DNA of 64,000 nt from Eledone cirrhosa (GCA_964016885.1 OZ024755.1:2108001-2172000), one strand, 5' to 3'; numbered from the stretch's first letter, positions 1-13,158 are shown. Made by a program: numbers and translations. Notes: a model not told the origin generated them from the sequence alone.

Positions 1-194
1 AGGCCAGCAATTTTAAAGGCAAGGGGAGGTCAATTATATCAATCCTATTTCTTGACTGGTACTTAATTTTATCAACCTCAGAAAATGGAAGGCAACATGG
101 ACCCTGAAGGGATTTGAACTCAGAAAATAACAACACAGATTAAATACTGTTAAAGTATTTGAGCCTGACACTCTAATGACTTTGCCAATCTACC
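1..194 (-). mobile_element. tRNA-derived SINE family A (long form), degenerate copy
   Basis: aggccagcaa...ctggtacttaattttatc...gggatttgaactcag...ttgccaatc is the reverse complement of the full copy at 56091-56286; B-box GAGTTCAAATCC on the minus strand. Confidence 0.75.
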
Positions 195-489
195 ATTTCT
201 AAAATTCTTCATTAATTAATAGAAACATATTGTATTGCAATAGAAGAAATACAATCACAAAATGGTTAAAATAATAAAAATAAAAAAAACAAAAAACAAA
301 AAAAAACAATGTTCTCTTCACCAAAACAAATTTTATGTTAAGAATGGTTTGTGTGTATGTGTGTGTGTGTGTGTGTGTGGTGTTTTAGTTTTAGTATAGT
401 TTTTAATAGTTGTGTATTGTGTGTTTCAAAGAAAATGAGTGAAATTAAAAAAAAATAGTAAAACTTTTGGATTGGAAAAATGTGAAGAG

Positions 490-690
490 AGTGGTGGTGT
501 TGGTGGTGAAGTATTAGTAGTGGTGGTGTTGGTGGTGAAGTAATAGTAGTGTTGGTGGTGAAGTATTAGTAGTGGTGGTGTTGGTGGTGAAGTATTAGTA
601 GTGGTGGTGTTGGTGGTGAAGTAATAGTAGTGGTGGTGTTGGTGGTGAAGTAATAGTAGTGGTGGTGTTGGTGGTGAAGTAATAGTTGTA
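490..690. repeat. 29-bp GGT-rich minisatellite
   Basis: Unit gtggtggtgttggtggtgaagta(a/t)tagta repeated about 7 times. Confidence 0.9.
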
Positions 691-831
691 GTAGTAGCTG
701 TAGTAGTAGTAGTAGTAGCAGTAGTATGTTAAGTGTTTGGGATGCAGATACCTTTTGCCTGTTCATGGCAATTAAAATAAAAGTGGGGAGATGAGGAGGG
801 GTGGTGATGATGATAAGTGAGGGTAGTGGTG

Positions 832-1001
832 TTGATGACACTAGTGTCAATAGTATTGATGACACTAGTGTCAATAGTATTGATGACACTAGTGTCAATA
901 GTATTGATGACACTAGTGTCAATAGTATTGATGACACTAGTGTCAATAGTATTGATGACACTAGTGTCAATAGTATTGATGACACTAGTGTCAATAGTAT
1001 T
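832..1001. repeat. 24-bp palindromic minisatellite, 7 copies
   Basis: Exact unit tgatgacactagtgtcaatagtat x7. Confidence 0.95.
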
Positions 1002-1084
1002 CCTGTGATGGTAGGACTACCAAAAGTACACAACGACAACAACACTAGTAGTAGTAGTATATCAACTGAGGAGGAGGGAGGGGG

Positions 1085-1222
1085 GTAGGGGTTGATTACA
1101 TCGGGCACCAGTATTTAACTGGTACTAGGAAGTATAATAGGTTACTTTGACCTCGGCGGGATTTGAACTCAGAATGTAAAGGGCCGCAACTAAATACTTT
1201 ACTGATTCAGCCAAGTCCGCCG
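1085..1222 (-). mobile_element. SINE family A fragment
   Basis: gacctcggcgggatttgaactcagaatgtaaagggccg matches the other copies. Confidence 0.75.
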
Positions 1223-2195
1223 CTGGAATCAAACCAATAAAATCTCCAATCAGCTGAACAAACATTATTCCTATCAGTTTCTCTCCTAGAGACTATTCTA
1301 GGGCCACGGTCGGAAATAGGCTATTATAAGATATGAATGGAATATCATAAAGTTAGAGACAGAGAAAATAGTGGTGGGGGGGGGGAGAGAGAGGGAGAAG
1401 CGGGAGGAGAGAGAAAGAGAGAGAGAAGCGGGGAGAGAGAGAGAAGAGGAGAGAAAGGGGGAGAGAGAGAGAAAGGGGGAGAGAGAGAGAAAGGGAGAGA
1501 GAGAGAGAAAGGGAGAGAGAGAGAGAAAGGGAGAGCGAGAGAGGGGTGGGGAGAAAGAGAAAGAGTACAGAGTAGGAAAATAAACGAGAAAAAGATTTAG
1601 AGTGGCTGAGAGGATGAAAATGAGTTGCATGCTGGGATAGCTGCAGGTGATAGCTGTGAATATGAAGTTTAAGAGCAAAAGTCAACATTTAAGATATAAC
1701 AAACAAACAAACAAACATTATTTATTTATTTATCTTTCATTAAGATGGAAGAAACTGAATATTCTGTTTGTTCCCAAACCAATCACCTTACACACACATA
1801 CATATACACATACATACATATACCTACATATACACATACATACATATACACATACATACATATACACACACACACATCTTACACTACACACACACACATA
1901 TACACACATACATACACACACACACATATATATATACACACACACACATACACATATATACACACGCACACACATATCTGTATGTTTTATCTGTGTATAC
2001 AGATGTACAAACATCTGTTAACTATACATACATACATATATGATATACATATACATACATATATATACATACACATACATACATATATATACATACATAC
2101 ACATATATATATACATACATACATACACATATATATACATACACATATATATACATACATACACATATATATACACACACACACATATATATATA

Positions 2196-2354
2196 TAAGC
2201 GTGGAACACGGACGCTAAACCTGATGATGATGATGATGATATATATATATATATATATATATACATACATATATACATACATATATATACACATATATAT
2301 ACATATATATATATAAGCGTGGAACACGGACGCTAAACCTGATGATGATGATGA

Positions 2355-2393
<39 letters not shown>

Positions 2394-2570
2394 CATATAT
2401 ACATACATACATATATATACACATATATATACACACACACACATATATATATATAAGCGTGGAACACGGACGCTAAACCTGATGATGATGATGATGATAT
2501 ATATATATATATATATATACATACATATATACATACATACATATATACACACATATATATACACACACAC
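2196..2570 (+). repeat. Tandem triplication of a SINE/LINE 3' tail plus microsatellite
   Basis: aagcgtggaacacggacgctaaacc(tga)n occurs at about 2197, 2315 and 2456, each followed by (TA)/(CA) runs; homologous to the tail at 18208-18257. Confidence 0.85.
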
Positions 2571-2839
2571 AAAACATCAGATGTGGATGTCCCTCCACAA
2601 CAACAACAAGATTAATGGGAGGCAAAAATGAAGAAGAATGTGAAGGGGCAGCTGGTAGAAGGAAGAGGAAGACAGATAAAGTGAGAGAGGGTGATGATGG
2701 ACCATACCACTACAGGGGGAGGTAGGATGGGTTGTACTGAGATAGAGACAGATAAATATATAAAGAGGGGATATGGGATTTCAGGTAGATAGGTATGTGG
2801 TTAGAATATCTCAGGAAAGGAGCAGTGGACAGATTTTAC

Positions 2840-3020
2840 AGGAGACCCAGGGGTAGATCCTGAACAAGGCTGGATAACATCCATGAGCTTGGTTGGTGTC
2901 ACTTGGGGACCCAACCAGATCAGTTGGAGATGGTTGCTTCTGACAGAACCCGCTGGGGGGAGGGTTTGGGGACTCTGCCTGCTCCTACAACCCTCTCAGG
3001 AATAAGTGAGCGAAGAAGAA

Positions 3021-3023
<3 letters not shown>
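2840..3023 (+). mobile_element. RTE-clade LINE 3' end (ORF C-terminus relic)
   Basis: Translates RRPRGRS*TRLDNIHELGWCHLGTQPDQLEMVASDRTRW..LGTLP, resembling the RTE/Expander C-terminus (RPRGRPRTRW...LG...L..VA.DR..W); ends in (GAA)n. Confidence 0.75.
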
Positions 3024-3051
<28 letters not shown>

Positions 3052-3118
3052 CTCTCTTATATATATATATATAGTGACGAAACAGAAGTCAATTGCATGA
3101 ACTCATAACCCTTTATTT

Positions 3119-3174
3119 ACTGCTATATATATTTCGATGATAGCCATTGAATGGCTATGACCTCATCAGGCAGT
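3119..3174 (-). ncRNA. Minimal type I hammerhead ribozyme (HH1) in a (TA)n-flanked element at 3073-3220
   Basis: Minus strand: ACUGC-CUGAUGA-GGUCAUAGCCAU(UCA)AUGGCUAUCAUC-GAAA-UAUAUA-UA|GCAGU, then AAUAAA; stem I 5 bp, stem II about 11 bp, AUA site. Confidence 0.8.
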
Positions 3175-3286
3175 TAGTCAGTTCTTAGATATGCCAGCTC
3201 TGTGTTTATGGTGTTGATGGATATATATATATATATAGAAGAGCTTCTACAGGACTAGAACTGTTTCATTCGTGAGAAATCATCAT

Positions 3287-3339
3287 GAGCTTCCTGATGA
3301 TTTCTCACGAATGAAACAGTTCTAGTCCTATAGAAGCTC
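3287..3339 (+). ncRNA. Type I hammerhead ribozyme (HH2, family B) inside a palindrome; element 3236-3421
   Basis: GAGCUUC-CUGAUGA-UUUCUCACGAAU-GAAAC-AGUUCUAGUCCU-AUA|GAAGCUC; 7-bp stem I; the inverted arm preserves the GUA version of the site. Confidence 0.8.
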
Positions 3340-3599
3340 TTTTATATTAAAACTTTTATACTCTGCTATGTATTGAGTACTTTACTTACTGTAGTTACCT
3401 CCTATTCAACCCGGAATAACTTATATATATATATGTATATATGTATATATATATATATCATTATCATCGTCTATTTATCTATTTTCCCATTGATGCATGG
3501 ATTGCACAAGATCTTTTCTGGCAATTTTTTAATTTATTTACAACCATCAGCATAGAACTGCTTTTATAAATGGTATCAATGTGGCTTTCACACCAACTG

Positions 3600-3785
3600 G
3601 TATACACACCAACACACATACAATGGGCTTCCTGACAGTTTCCATCTACCATATTCCCTCGCAAGGAATTGGTTGGGTCAAAGCTATATAGTGTAAAGTA
3701 TATTTGCCCTAGTTGCTAGAGAGTGAGACTGAACGTTATAACATGTGGTTCCCAGACAAACCTGTTAACCACATAGCCATACCTA
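3600..3785 (-). mobile_element. Degenerate CORE-type tRNA SINE
   Basis: gggcttcctgacagtttccatctacc...tttgccctagttgc...gagactgaac...catgtggtt...accacatagccatacct resembles the common octopus SINE as recalled; related fragment at 63080-63170. Confidence 0.6.
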
Positions 3786-3910
3786 CATCATCTATTATTG
3801 CTGTCTGTCTGTCTGGCTGTGTTTCTGACATTTTTGTATCAACATTGTTTAAACAAAAAAAAATACAAAAAAAAAAAAAAAATAAACAACCAATCGGTAA
3901 TGTTTTGTTT

Positions 3911-4036
3911 GTTTAGTGGATCAAATAAAGTCTGCTACATTAGTACGACTGTTTAGTGGATCAAATAAAGTCTGCTACATTAGTACGACTGTTTAGTGGA
4001 TCAAATAAAGTCTGCTACATTAGTACGACTGTTTAG
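3911..4036. repeat. 40-bp exact tandem repeat x3
   Basis: gtttagtggatcaaataaagtctgctacattagtacgact at 3911, 3951 and 3991. Confidence 0.95.
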
Positions 4037-4227
4037 AGCATGGGAGGAATGAAAGTTGAAATGCTGGTGAGGTTATGTGACTACCAAAATTTGAACTCTG
4101 AATGTAAACAAGTGGAACAGAATACCAAAAGACATTTAATTGTGCATTCTTCGACTTCAGTGTTCTTTATCACTCTACTGCTTCTTACAATAACAACAAG
4201 AACAAGATATCTCACTGGTACAGCCTC

Positions 4228-4495
4228 AGATCTATAGAGACGGGGGGGGGGGGGGATTAGATGTGAATGGTTAGATCTATAGAGAGGGGGGAAGGGGTAG
4301 ATGTGAATGGTTAGATCTATAGATCTATAGAGAGGGGGAAGGGGTAGATGTGAATGGTTAGATCTATAGATCTATAGAGAGGGGGGAAGGGGTAGATGTG
4401 AATGGTTAGATCTATAGATCTATGGAGATGGGGGTTGGGCATGTCATTGGTTACATCTATAGATTTATAGAGAAGGGGGAAGGGGTAGATGTGAT
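4228..4495. repeat. About 40-48-bp G-rich minisatellite
   Basis: agatctatagagagggggaaggggtagatgtgaatggtt repeated about 5-6 times. Confidence 0.85.
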
Positions 4496-6348
4496 TGAAC
4501 AGATTCCCTGTTTCCAACATTTTACCATTCTTACCATTCCATTAATCCTTACAATAACAAAACAACTTGACTATGGTAACCCAAACTGCTAGAAATAGCA
4601 GTTAAATCTCTTTCAAATAATATTTCACCGTCTCAAAAAAAAAAAAAAGGAATGACATTCACTAACGTAGTCCTGTATATACTATGTGTAAAATATGATG
4701 GAATGGTAAAAGTCTAGTTATATTAGAAATGTCTTTGATCCTAAGTCTGTTGAATCAGAGATAATCTGGATCAGGTAGATATAAACAGGTAATATCATCA
4801 AAAGGTAGATGAAAGAAAAATAAGGTAAAGTAAAAAAGGTAAAAAAAAGTGTTTGTCAACATTACCAGATGATGTGAGAAGATGAAAGTAAATCATCAGA
4901 GAAGATATAACTTACCTGGAAAGAGAGGAAAAATATTTTAGATAAATATCAAATGAAAGGTTACATATATTGTAGGAACATAGAAAGACAGGCATATAGA
5001 ACATAAACTATATTTGAAAACATATTTATGTTTCTTTTTGGGAGGTCTCCACAGTGCAGATAACTATAAATAACAGTCGAAAACTATAAATACTAGTTCA
5101 ATAAGTTGGAGATGGAAAAAAAAATAATGAACAGAAATATCAGCAGGAATTGAAAGACACATTTGCCATATACCGGTATATGGCAAATGTATGGTTTGAT
5201 TCCAGCAGGTGAATTTGCCCACATTTGTCCCATCTCCATACATACTTTACCTGACTTATTCAACTACTATTTATAGTTCCCTGCAATGTAATAGCTTCCC
5301 AAAAGGAAGCGTAAACATATCTTAAAATGTCCACAATATTTTGTAAATTAACTCTTAACATCTCGTAAAATATTAAAATAAACGAGTTTGTCAATTCAAA
5401 TGTTTGTAGTAACTTTATTAGTGAAACGATTGTCATGAAAGTTTGTAATATTACAGTAAGGACTTTAATTCTTAACATGATTCACTCATAGTTCTGATTT
5501 ATCCCTTTTCAAGAATTAAATTTTATTTATTTACCAGCAGAAATATTGCTCTCGTGCCGACATATTTCATCTTAGAATAAACCATAAAGTTCACTCTTGT
5601 TGGGCGGAGTAGATTTTATTTCATTAAGCTCTTCTATATCTATATATATGTAATATATTATCTATATTTATTCAATCAATCACACACTGCTTCCAGCAAG
5701 ATTTGAAATCAGGATCAATAAGGATGGAATCAAACATACTTCTATATATTATATGTACTTTTAATGTCATACTGTGATGTGTAGGTCATCGATGTTGTCT
5801 CTTAAAGAAAATGTCATCGCAGAGAACAGCACAAAGACAAGCTACAATAATAAATATTTTGGCTTCATAGACTTTCTTGAAGAAGTTTTACTGGTGCTAC
5901 TTCATTTAATCACACTAATATCATTGCTATAATATTTATCTTTAAAGAGAGAAGGAAATTGATTGAGTCTTTCCTACGTCTGCCATGGAGCCCCTCCCCC
6001 TAGCCATGGCCCAAGCAGCTAACAACCAACCTCACTGCCAATAAGCAGCCCCTACTCTCCACTCTATGTGCTCAAACTATATTGATACTTATCTTCAAAG
6101 GAAAGAAACCAGCCAACTATATCCGTTTTTCTCTTGAATAAAGTTGTGTTATGCATGGCTTCACATTCTGTTGAAACTAGATAATCACACACACACACAT
6201 ATATATACATATATATATATATACACATATATATACACACTAAAGGGGGTGAGGTCTGTATGAAGAAATATTAAGTAATATCCAGAAGCCAGTAATAGAT
6301 GAGAAAAGTGAACTATTTTAACTATTTCTAGAAATGTTAGTTGTACAC

Positions 6349-6421
<73 letters not shown>

Positions 6422-7082
6422 GCTTTTTAAGTCGTATATTTTCAGCAATAATCTAATATTGAATAAAGAATACATGTTTATATTTTTTAATGTGGCTACA
6501 AACACAAACGACATGAAAAATATATCCAGATATCTAATGTGAGATGAACCAAACTTTCCTACATGATACACGGAATGGCTACGAGGTTTAATTAGACATG
6601 TTGGATTGACTGAGTCTGAATGTGGCCTTTCAACCTAAAATTCTGAGTCTATGGGTAAAAATACGGTGTGGGCAGGGGTGTAATTTCACTGCTTACCATT
6701 GGTGGTACCCTAGTAACACCTCAGTCTATATCCTTTCCATACCCCAACTTATCCATCCTAGCTACAATACCTCTCCATAGTTCCTATATTTTACCCATCC
6801 ACCCACATGAGGTATCCAGTGCTCACCTCTATTTCTACTTCCCAGCCCACCAAACACCCCACCACCTCCACCAAACACCCCACCACCTCCACCACCAACC
6901 AAACACCCCACCACCTCCACCAAACACCCCACCACCTCCACCACCAACCAAACACCCCACCACCTCCACCAAACACCCCACCACCTCCACCAGTCACTCT
7001 ATTCTTTTTCTTTCTTATTTGTTTTAACCTTCACATTATAGGACTCTGCTAGTGACCTCTGCCTTGCTCTTTCCAACCCCTA

Positions 7083-7117
<35 letters not shown>

Positions 7118-7163
7118 CACATACAAATGTATACACACATACTTATAATATATACATACACAT

Positions 7164-7230
<67 letters not shown>

Positions 7231-7415
7231 CACACACATATATATACATATACAAATATATACACACACACACATATATATATACACATATATACACACA
7301 CAAACACACACATATATATATATACACACACACATATATATATATACACACACACATATATATATATATACACGTGTACATATATATATATATATATACA
7401 CACACATATATACAT

Positions 7416-7464
<49 letters not shown>

Positions 7465-7929
7465 TATATACACACACATATACACACACACATATATATA
7501 CACACATGCACATATATACACACACATATATATACACACACATACATATATACACATACACATATATACACACACATATACACACACACACATACACATA
7601 TATATACATACACACACACATATACACACACACACACACACGTGTATATCCATGGTTGCATGTATCCTTTAAAGCCTACTGCCCCCCCCCCCCCCCTCTT
7701 CTCCCTCAAGTCACTGTTTTATGGCAGAGGAATGCAGCAAGTGTAATTTATCAGACAATATCATCTTCTGTAAAGAGAGTTTTATAGCTAAGCTAGGCTG
7801 GTATCCATTGCAGCTCCTAATCTCACTGCTTGTTTATATAGCAGAGGGGGAGGATTGGATGATCTTATATACTCAGGGCTTAGTAATACACAAAAGATTG
7901 TTGTCGCTTGTTTATTTATATTGTTGTTG

Positions 7930-9796
7930 TTGGGGGGTGGTGATGTGATGGTGGTGGTGGTGGTGTGGTGGTGGTGGTGGTGTGATAGTGGTGGTGGTGG
8001 TGTGATGGTGGTGGTGGTGGTGTGATAGTGGTGGTGTGATAGTGGTGGTGGTGGTGTGATAGTGGTGGGGGTGGTGTGATGGTGGTGGTGGTGGTGTGAT
8101 AGTGGTGGTGTGATAGTGGTGGTGGTGGTGTGATAGTGGTGGGGGTGGTGTGATGGTGGTGGTGGTGGTGTGATAGTGGTGGTGTGATAGTGGTGGTGGT
8201 GGTGTGATAGTGGTGGGGGTGGTGTGATGGTGGTGGTGGTGGTGTGATAGTGGTGGTGTGATAGTGGTGGTGGTGGTGTGATAGTGGTGGGGGTGGTGTG
8301 ATGGTGGTGGTGGTGGTGTGATAGTGGTGGTGTGATAGTGGTGGTGGTGGTGGTGTGATGGTGGTGGTGGTGTGGTGGTGGTGTTGTTGTTGTGATAGTG
8401 GTGGTTGTGATGGTGGTGGTGTGATGGTGGTGGTGTGATGGTGGTGGTTGTGATGGTGGTGGTGGTGTGATGGTGGTGGTGTGATGGTGGTGGTTGTGAT
8501 GGTGGTGGTGGTGTGATGGTGGTGGTGTGATGGTGGTGGTGTGATGGTGGTGGTGGTGGTGTGATAGTGGTGGTGGTGGTGTGATAGTGGTGGTGGTGGT
8601 GTGATAGTGGTGGTGGTGGTGTGATAGTGGTGGTGGTGGTGTGATAGTGGTGGTGGTGGTGTGATAGTGGTGGTGTGATAGTGGTGGTGGTGGTGGTGTG
8701 ATGGTGGTGGTGGTGTGGTGGTGTGGTGGTGGTGTTGTTGTTGTTGTGATAGTGGTGGTTGTGATGGTGGTGGTGTGATGGTGGTGGTTGTGATGGTGGT
8801 GGTGGTGTGATGGTGGTGGTGGTGTGATGGTGGTGGTGTGATGGTGGTGGTGGTGGTGGTGGTGTGATGGTGGTGGTGGTGGTGTGATAGTGGTGGTGGT
8901 GTGATAGTGGTGGTGGTGGTGTGATAGTGGTGGTGGTGGTGGTGTGATAGTGGTGGTGGTGTGATAGTGGTGGTGGTGGTGTGATGGTGGTGGTGTGATA
9001 GTGGTGGAGGTGGTGGTGGTAGTGTGATAGTGGTGGTGGTGGTGTGATAGTGGTGGGGGTGGTGTGATAGTGGTGGGGGTGGTGTGATGGTGGTGGGGGT
9101 GGTGTGATGGTGGTGGTGTTGTTGTTGTTGTGATAGTGGTGGTGTGATGGGGGTGGTGTGATGGTGGTGGTTATGATGGTGGTGGTTGTGATAGTGGTTG
9201 TGATGGTGGTGGTGTGATGGTGGTGATGGTGGTGGTGGTGTGATGGTGGTGGTGGTGTGATGGTGGTGGTGGTGGTGTGATAGTGGTGGTGTGATGGTGG
9301 TGGTGTGATGGTGGTGGTGTGATAGTGGTGGCGTGATGGTGGTGGTGTGATGGTGGTGGTGTGATGGTGGTGGTGGTGTGATGGTGGTGGTGGTGTGATG
9401 GTGGTGGTGGTGTGATGGTGGTGGTGTGATGGTGGTGGTATGATGGTGGTGGTGGTGTGATGGTGGTGGTGTGATAGTGGTGGTATGATGGTGGTGGTGG
9501 TGGTGTGATGGTGGTGGTGGTGTGATAGTGGTGGTGTGATGGTGGTGGTGGTGTGATAGTGGTGGTGTGATGGTGGTGGTGTGATGGTGGTGGTGGTGTG
9601 ATAGTGGTGGTGTGATGGTGGTGGTGGTGGTGTGATGGTGGTGGTGTGATAGTGGTGGTGTGATGGTGGTGGTGGTGGTGTGATGGTGGTGGTGGTGGTG
9701 TGATAGTGGTGGTGGTGGTGTGATAGTGGTGGTGGTGGTGGTGTGATAGTGGTGGTGGTGGTGGTGTGATGGTGGTGGTGGTGGTTGTGATGGTGG
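7930..9796. repeat. 1.9-kb (GGT)n-GTGAT compound microsatellite
   Basis: Continuous ggtggtggtgtgat(a/g) units. Confidence 0.95.
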
Positions 9797-10039
9797 CTAG
9801 CTCAGTGATCCATCTAACCCCACATGGCTAACCAACAGTCTGTTGATCTGATGATAATAGATAATACAACCCCACTCCACCTCCACTCCACCCACACCCC
9901 CCACCTGACCCACCTCCACTCCACACGTGGACAACACCTCCAACTTCAATATATGATAAACAGACATGTCTTTCCACATATCTTTCATTTCTCTGGAGAT
10001 TCACTTTATTTTAAAGATTATTTCTAGCTTCTGAGAAGA

Positions 10040-12214
10040 TTTCTTGTGGCTGTTGTTGTTGTTGTTGACTGTTGTGGTTGTGGTTGTTGTTGTTGTTGCT
10101 GTTGTTGTTGTTGTTGTTGACTGTTGTGGTTGTTGTTGACTGTTGTGGTTGTGGTTGTGGTTGTGGTTGTGGCTGTGGTTGTTGACTGTTGTGGCTGTGG
10201 TTGTTGTGGTTGCTGTTGTTGTGGCTGTTGTTGTTGTTGTGGTTGTTGTTGTGTATAATTGTGGTGATGGTGTTGTTGTTGTTGTGTTCAATTGTGGTAG
10301 TATTAGTTGTCATCTGTGATTCCTGTTGCATTTGTGATGGCTGTGGTGGTGGTAGTGGTAGTGGTGGTGGTAGTAGTGGTGGTGGAAGTGGTGGTGGTAG
10401 TGGTGGTGGTGGAAGTGGTATAAGTGGTGGTGGTGGTAGTGGTGGTGTAGGTAGTAGTGGTGGTAGTGGGAGTGGTATAAGTGGTGGTAGTATAAGTGGT
10501 GGTGTAGGTAGTAGTATAGGTGGAGGTGGTAGTAGTAGTGGTGGTGTAGGTGGTAGTATATGTGGTAGTAGTAGTAGTGGTGGTAGTAGTAGTGGTGGTA
10601 GTAGTAGTGGTGGTAGTAGTAGTGGAGGTGTAGGTGGTAGTATATGTGGTGGTAGTAGTAGTGGAGGTGTAGGTGGTAGTATATGTGGTGGTAGTAGTAG
10701 TGGAGGTGTAGGTGGTAGTAGTAGTAGTGGAAGTGGTATAAGTGGTGGTGTAGGTGGTGGTGGAGGTGGTAGTAGTGGTGGTGGAGGTGGTAGTATATGT
10801 GGTAGTAGTAGTAGTGGTGGTGGTAGTAGTGGTGTAGGTGGTAGTATATGTGGTGGTAGTAGTAGTGGAGGTGTAGGTGGTAGTATATGTGGTGGTAGTA
10901 GTAGTGGAGGTGTAGGTGGTAGTAGTAGTAGTGGAAGTGGTATAAGTGGTGGTGTAGGTGGTAGTATAGGTGGAGGTGGTAGTAGTAGTAGTGGTGGTGG
11001 TGTAGGTGGTAGTAGTATAGGTAGTGGTGGTGTAGGTGGTAGTATAGGTGGTGGTGGAAGGCAAGCTTCATTAATTAAACTCTTCTCCCATCAAACAAGA
11101 GCCAGATTAGCCTTTAATTAACACTGGTTCAAACACTGCTGGAGGAGGAGGCAAGTAAACAATAGTTTAAAACAGAGAGAGGGGGGAGGGGGGTAGATAG
11201 AGGGTGGGGGGAGGGGTGTTATCTCTGCCGTGCAGGAATGCCCCTCCCCCCACACATTGTATGTATGCATCTGTGTGCATGGCTAGCACAGACAATATAT
11301 AGGAATAGCTAATCATTTTGTGTTGATTGTGATAATGATGATGATAGTGATGATGGTGGTGATGGTGGTGATGGTGATGGTGATGATGGTGGTGATGGTG
11401 GTGATGGTGGTGATGGTGGTGATGGTGATGGTGGTGATGGTAATGGTGGTGGTGGTGATGGTGATGATGGTAATGGTGGTGATGGTGATGATGGTGATGA
11501 TGATAGTGATGATGGTGGTGATGGTAATGGTGGTGATGGTGATGATGGTGATGATGATAGTGAGGATGATGGTGATGATGATGGTGATGATGGTGATGAT
11601 GGAGATGATGGTGATGATTGTGATGGTGATAGTAACAATGGTGATGGTGGTGATGAGAGGAGCAGGATTTCAAAGCATAAGGGTGATAAATCATTTTGAA
11701 CATGATGATAATAATGATGATAATAATGATGAAGATAGTGATGATGATATTGATGATGATATTGATGATGATAATGATGATAATGATGATGATAATGATG
11801 AAGATAGTGATGATGATATTGATGAAGATATTGATGATGATAATGATGTTGATAATGTTGATGGTAGCAGTAATTATTATAACGATGGTAGTGGTGATAA
11901 TAATATCTCTCTGGAAGATAGAAATGGTGATAATTCTTTGAGACGATGTGATAATAATTAGATGATGATGAATCTTAAAATATTAAAATATTCCAGTCAC
12001 AAACATTTAGACACACTATACATATTCTATAATATATATACATATTCTATAATATATACATATATATATTCTATAATACATATATACTATAATACATATA
12101 TATTCTATAATACATATATATTCTATAATACATATATATATATATTATATATATATATATATATACAATGATATTAAATAAATGGAAACTATATTTATAA
12201 AACCATATTTACTC

Positions 12215-12261
<47 letters not shown>

Positions 12262-12780
12262 TATATACATATATATACATATATATATATATACATATAT
12301 ATATATGTAGAGAGAGAGAGAGAGAGTAGTGTGGTATGGTGTAGTGTAGTGTGGTATGGTATGGTGTAGTGTGGCATAGTGTGGTATGGTATGGTGTAGT
12401 ATGGTGTGGTGTAGTGTGGTGTAGTGTAGTGTGGTATGGTATGGTGTGGTGCAGTGTAGTGTGGTATGGTATGGTGTAGTGTAGTGTGGTATGGTATAGT
12501 GTAGTGTGGTATGGTATAGTGTAGTGTGGTATGGTATGGTGTAGTGTGGTATGGTATGGTGTGGTGTGGTATGGTGTAGTGTAGTGTGGTGTGGTATAGT
12601 GTGGTGTACTGTGGTGCGGTGTGGTGTACTGTGGTGCGGTGTGGTATGGTGTGGTGTAGTGTAGTGTGGTATGGTATGGTGTGGTGTAGTATGGTATGGT
12701 GTAGTGTGGTATGGTATGGTGTAGTGTGGTGTAGTATGGTGTAGTGTAGTGTGGTATGGTATGGTGTAGTGTGGTGTGGT
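10040..12780. repeat. Cluster of low-complexity tracts (GTT, GGT/AGT, GAT, TA, GTGTA/GTATG)
   Basis: Seen directly; source of the Gly/Ser-, His- and Thr-rich ORFs. Confidence 0.9.
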
Positions 12781-13054
12781 GAAGGTAAGTTACTGAGAAG
12801 GTCTATCAACAATAAGCCTAAGTTATTAGCAACCACAGACAGACAATGTTTCTAATTATCTATTTGGTCTAATTAAGTTACCAATAAATAAGTTAATTTT
12901 GAAGGAAATAATGAAAATATTGCACCATTGCCATGCTTTGGTCTATTTAGCAGAGCAGCTGTTGTTGTTGTTGTTACAGTTGTTGTTGCTTTCCTCATTC
13001 TTCTACAGGGTGGGAGGAGAAAAAACTCCCTATTTAAAATTAACTTTATTAATT

Positions 13055-13158
13055 GAGAGAGGGGGAAGAGAGTAAGTTACATATAGTGAGAGAGGGGGAA
13101 GAGAGTAAGTTACATATAGTGAGAGAGGGGGGAAAGAGTAAGTTACATATAGTGAGAG
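13055..13158. repeat. 33-34-bp tandem repeat x3
   Basis: gagagagggggaagagagtaagttacatatagt. Confidence 0.9.

Noticed and set aside
10189-11961. Gly/Ser-rich, poly-His and acidic ORFs
   Set aside because: Trinucleotide repeat translations with no non-repetitive domain or splice evidence
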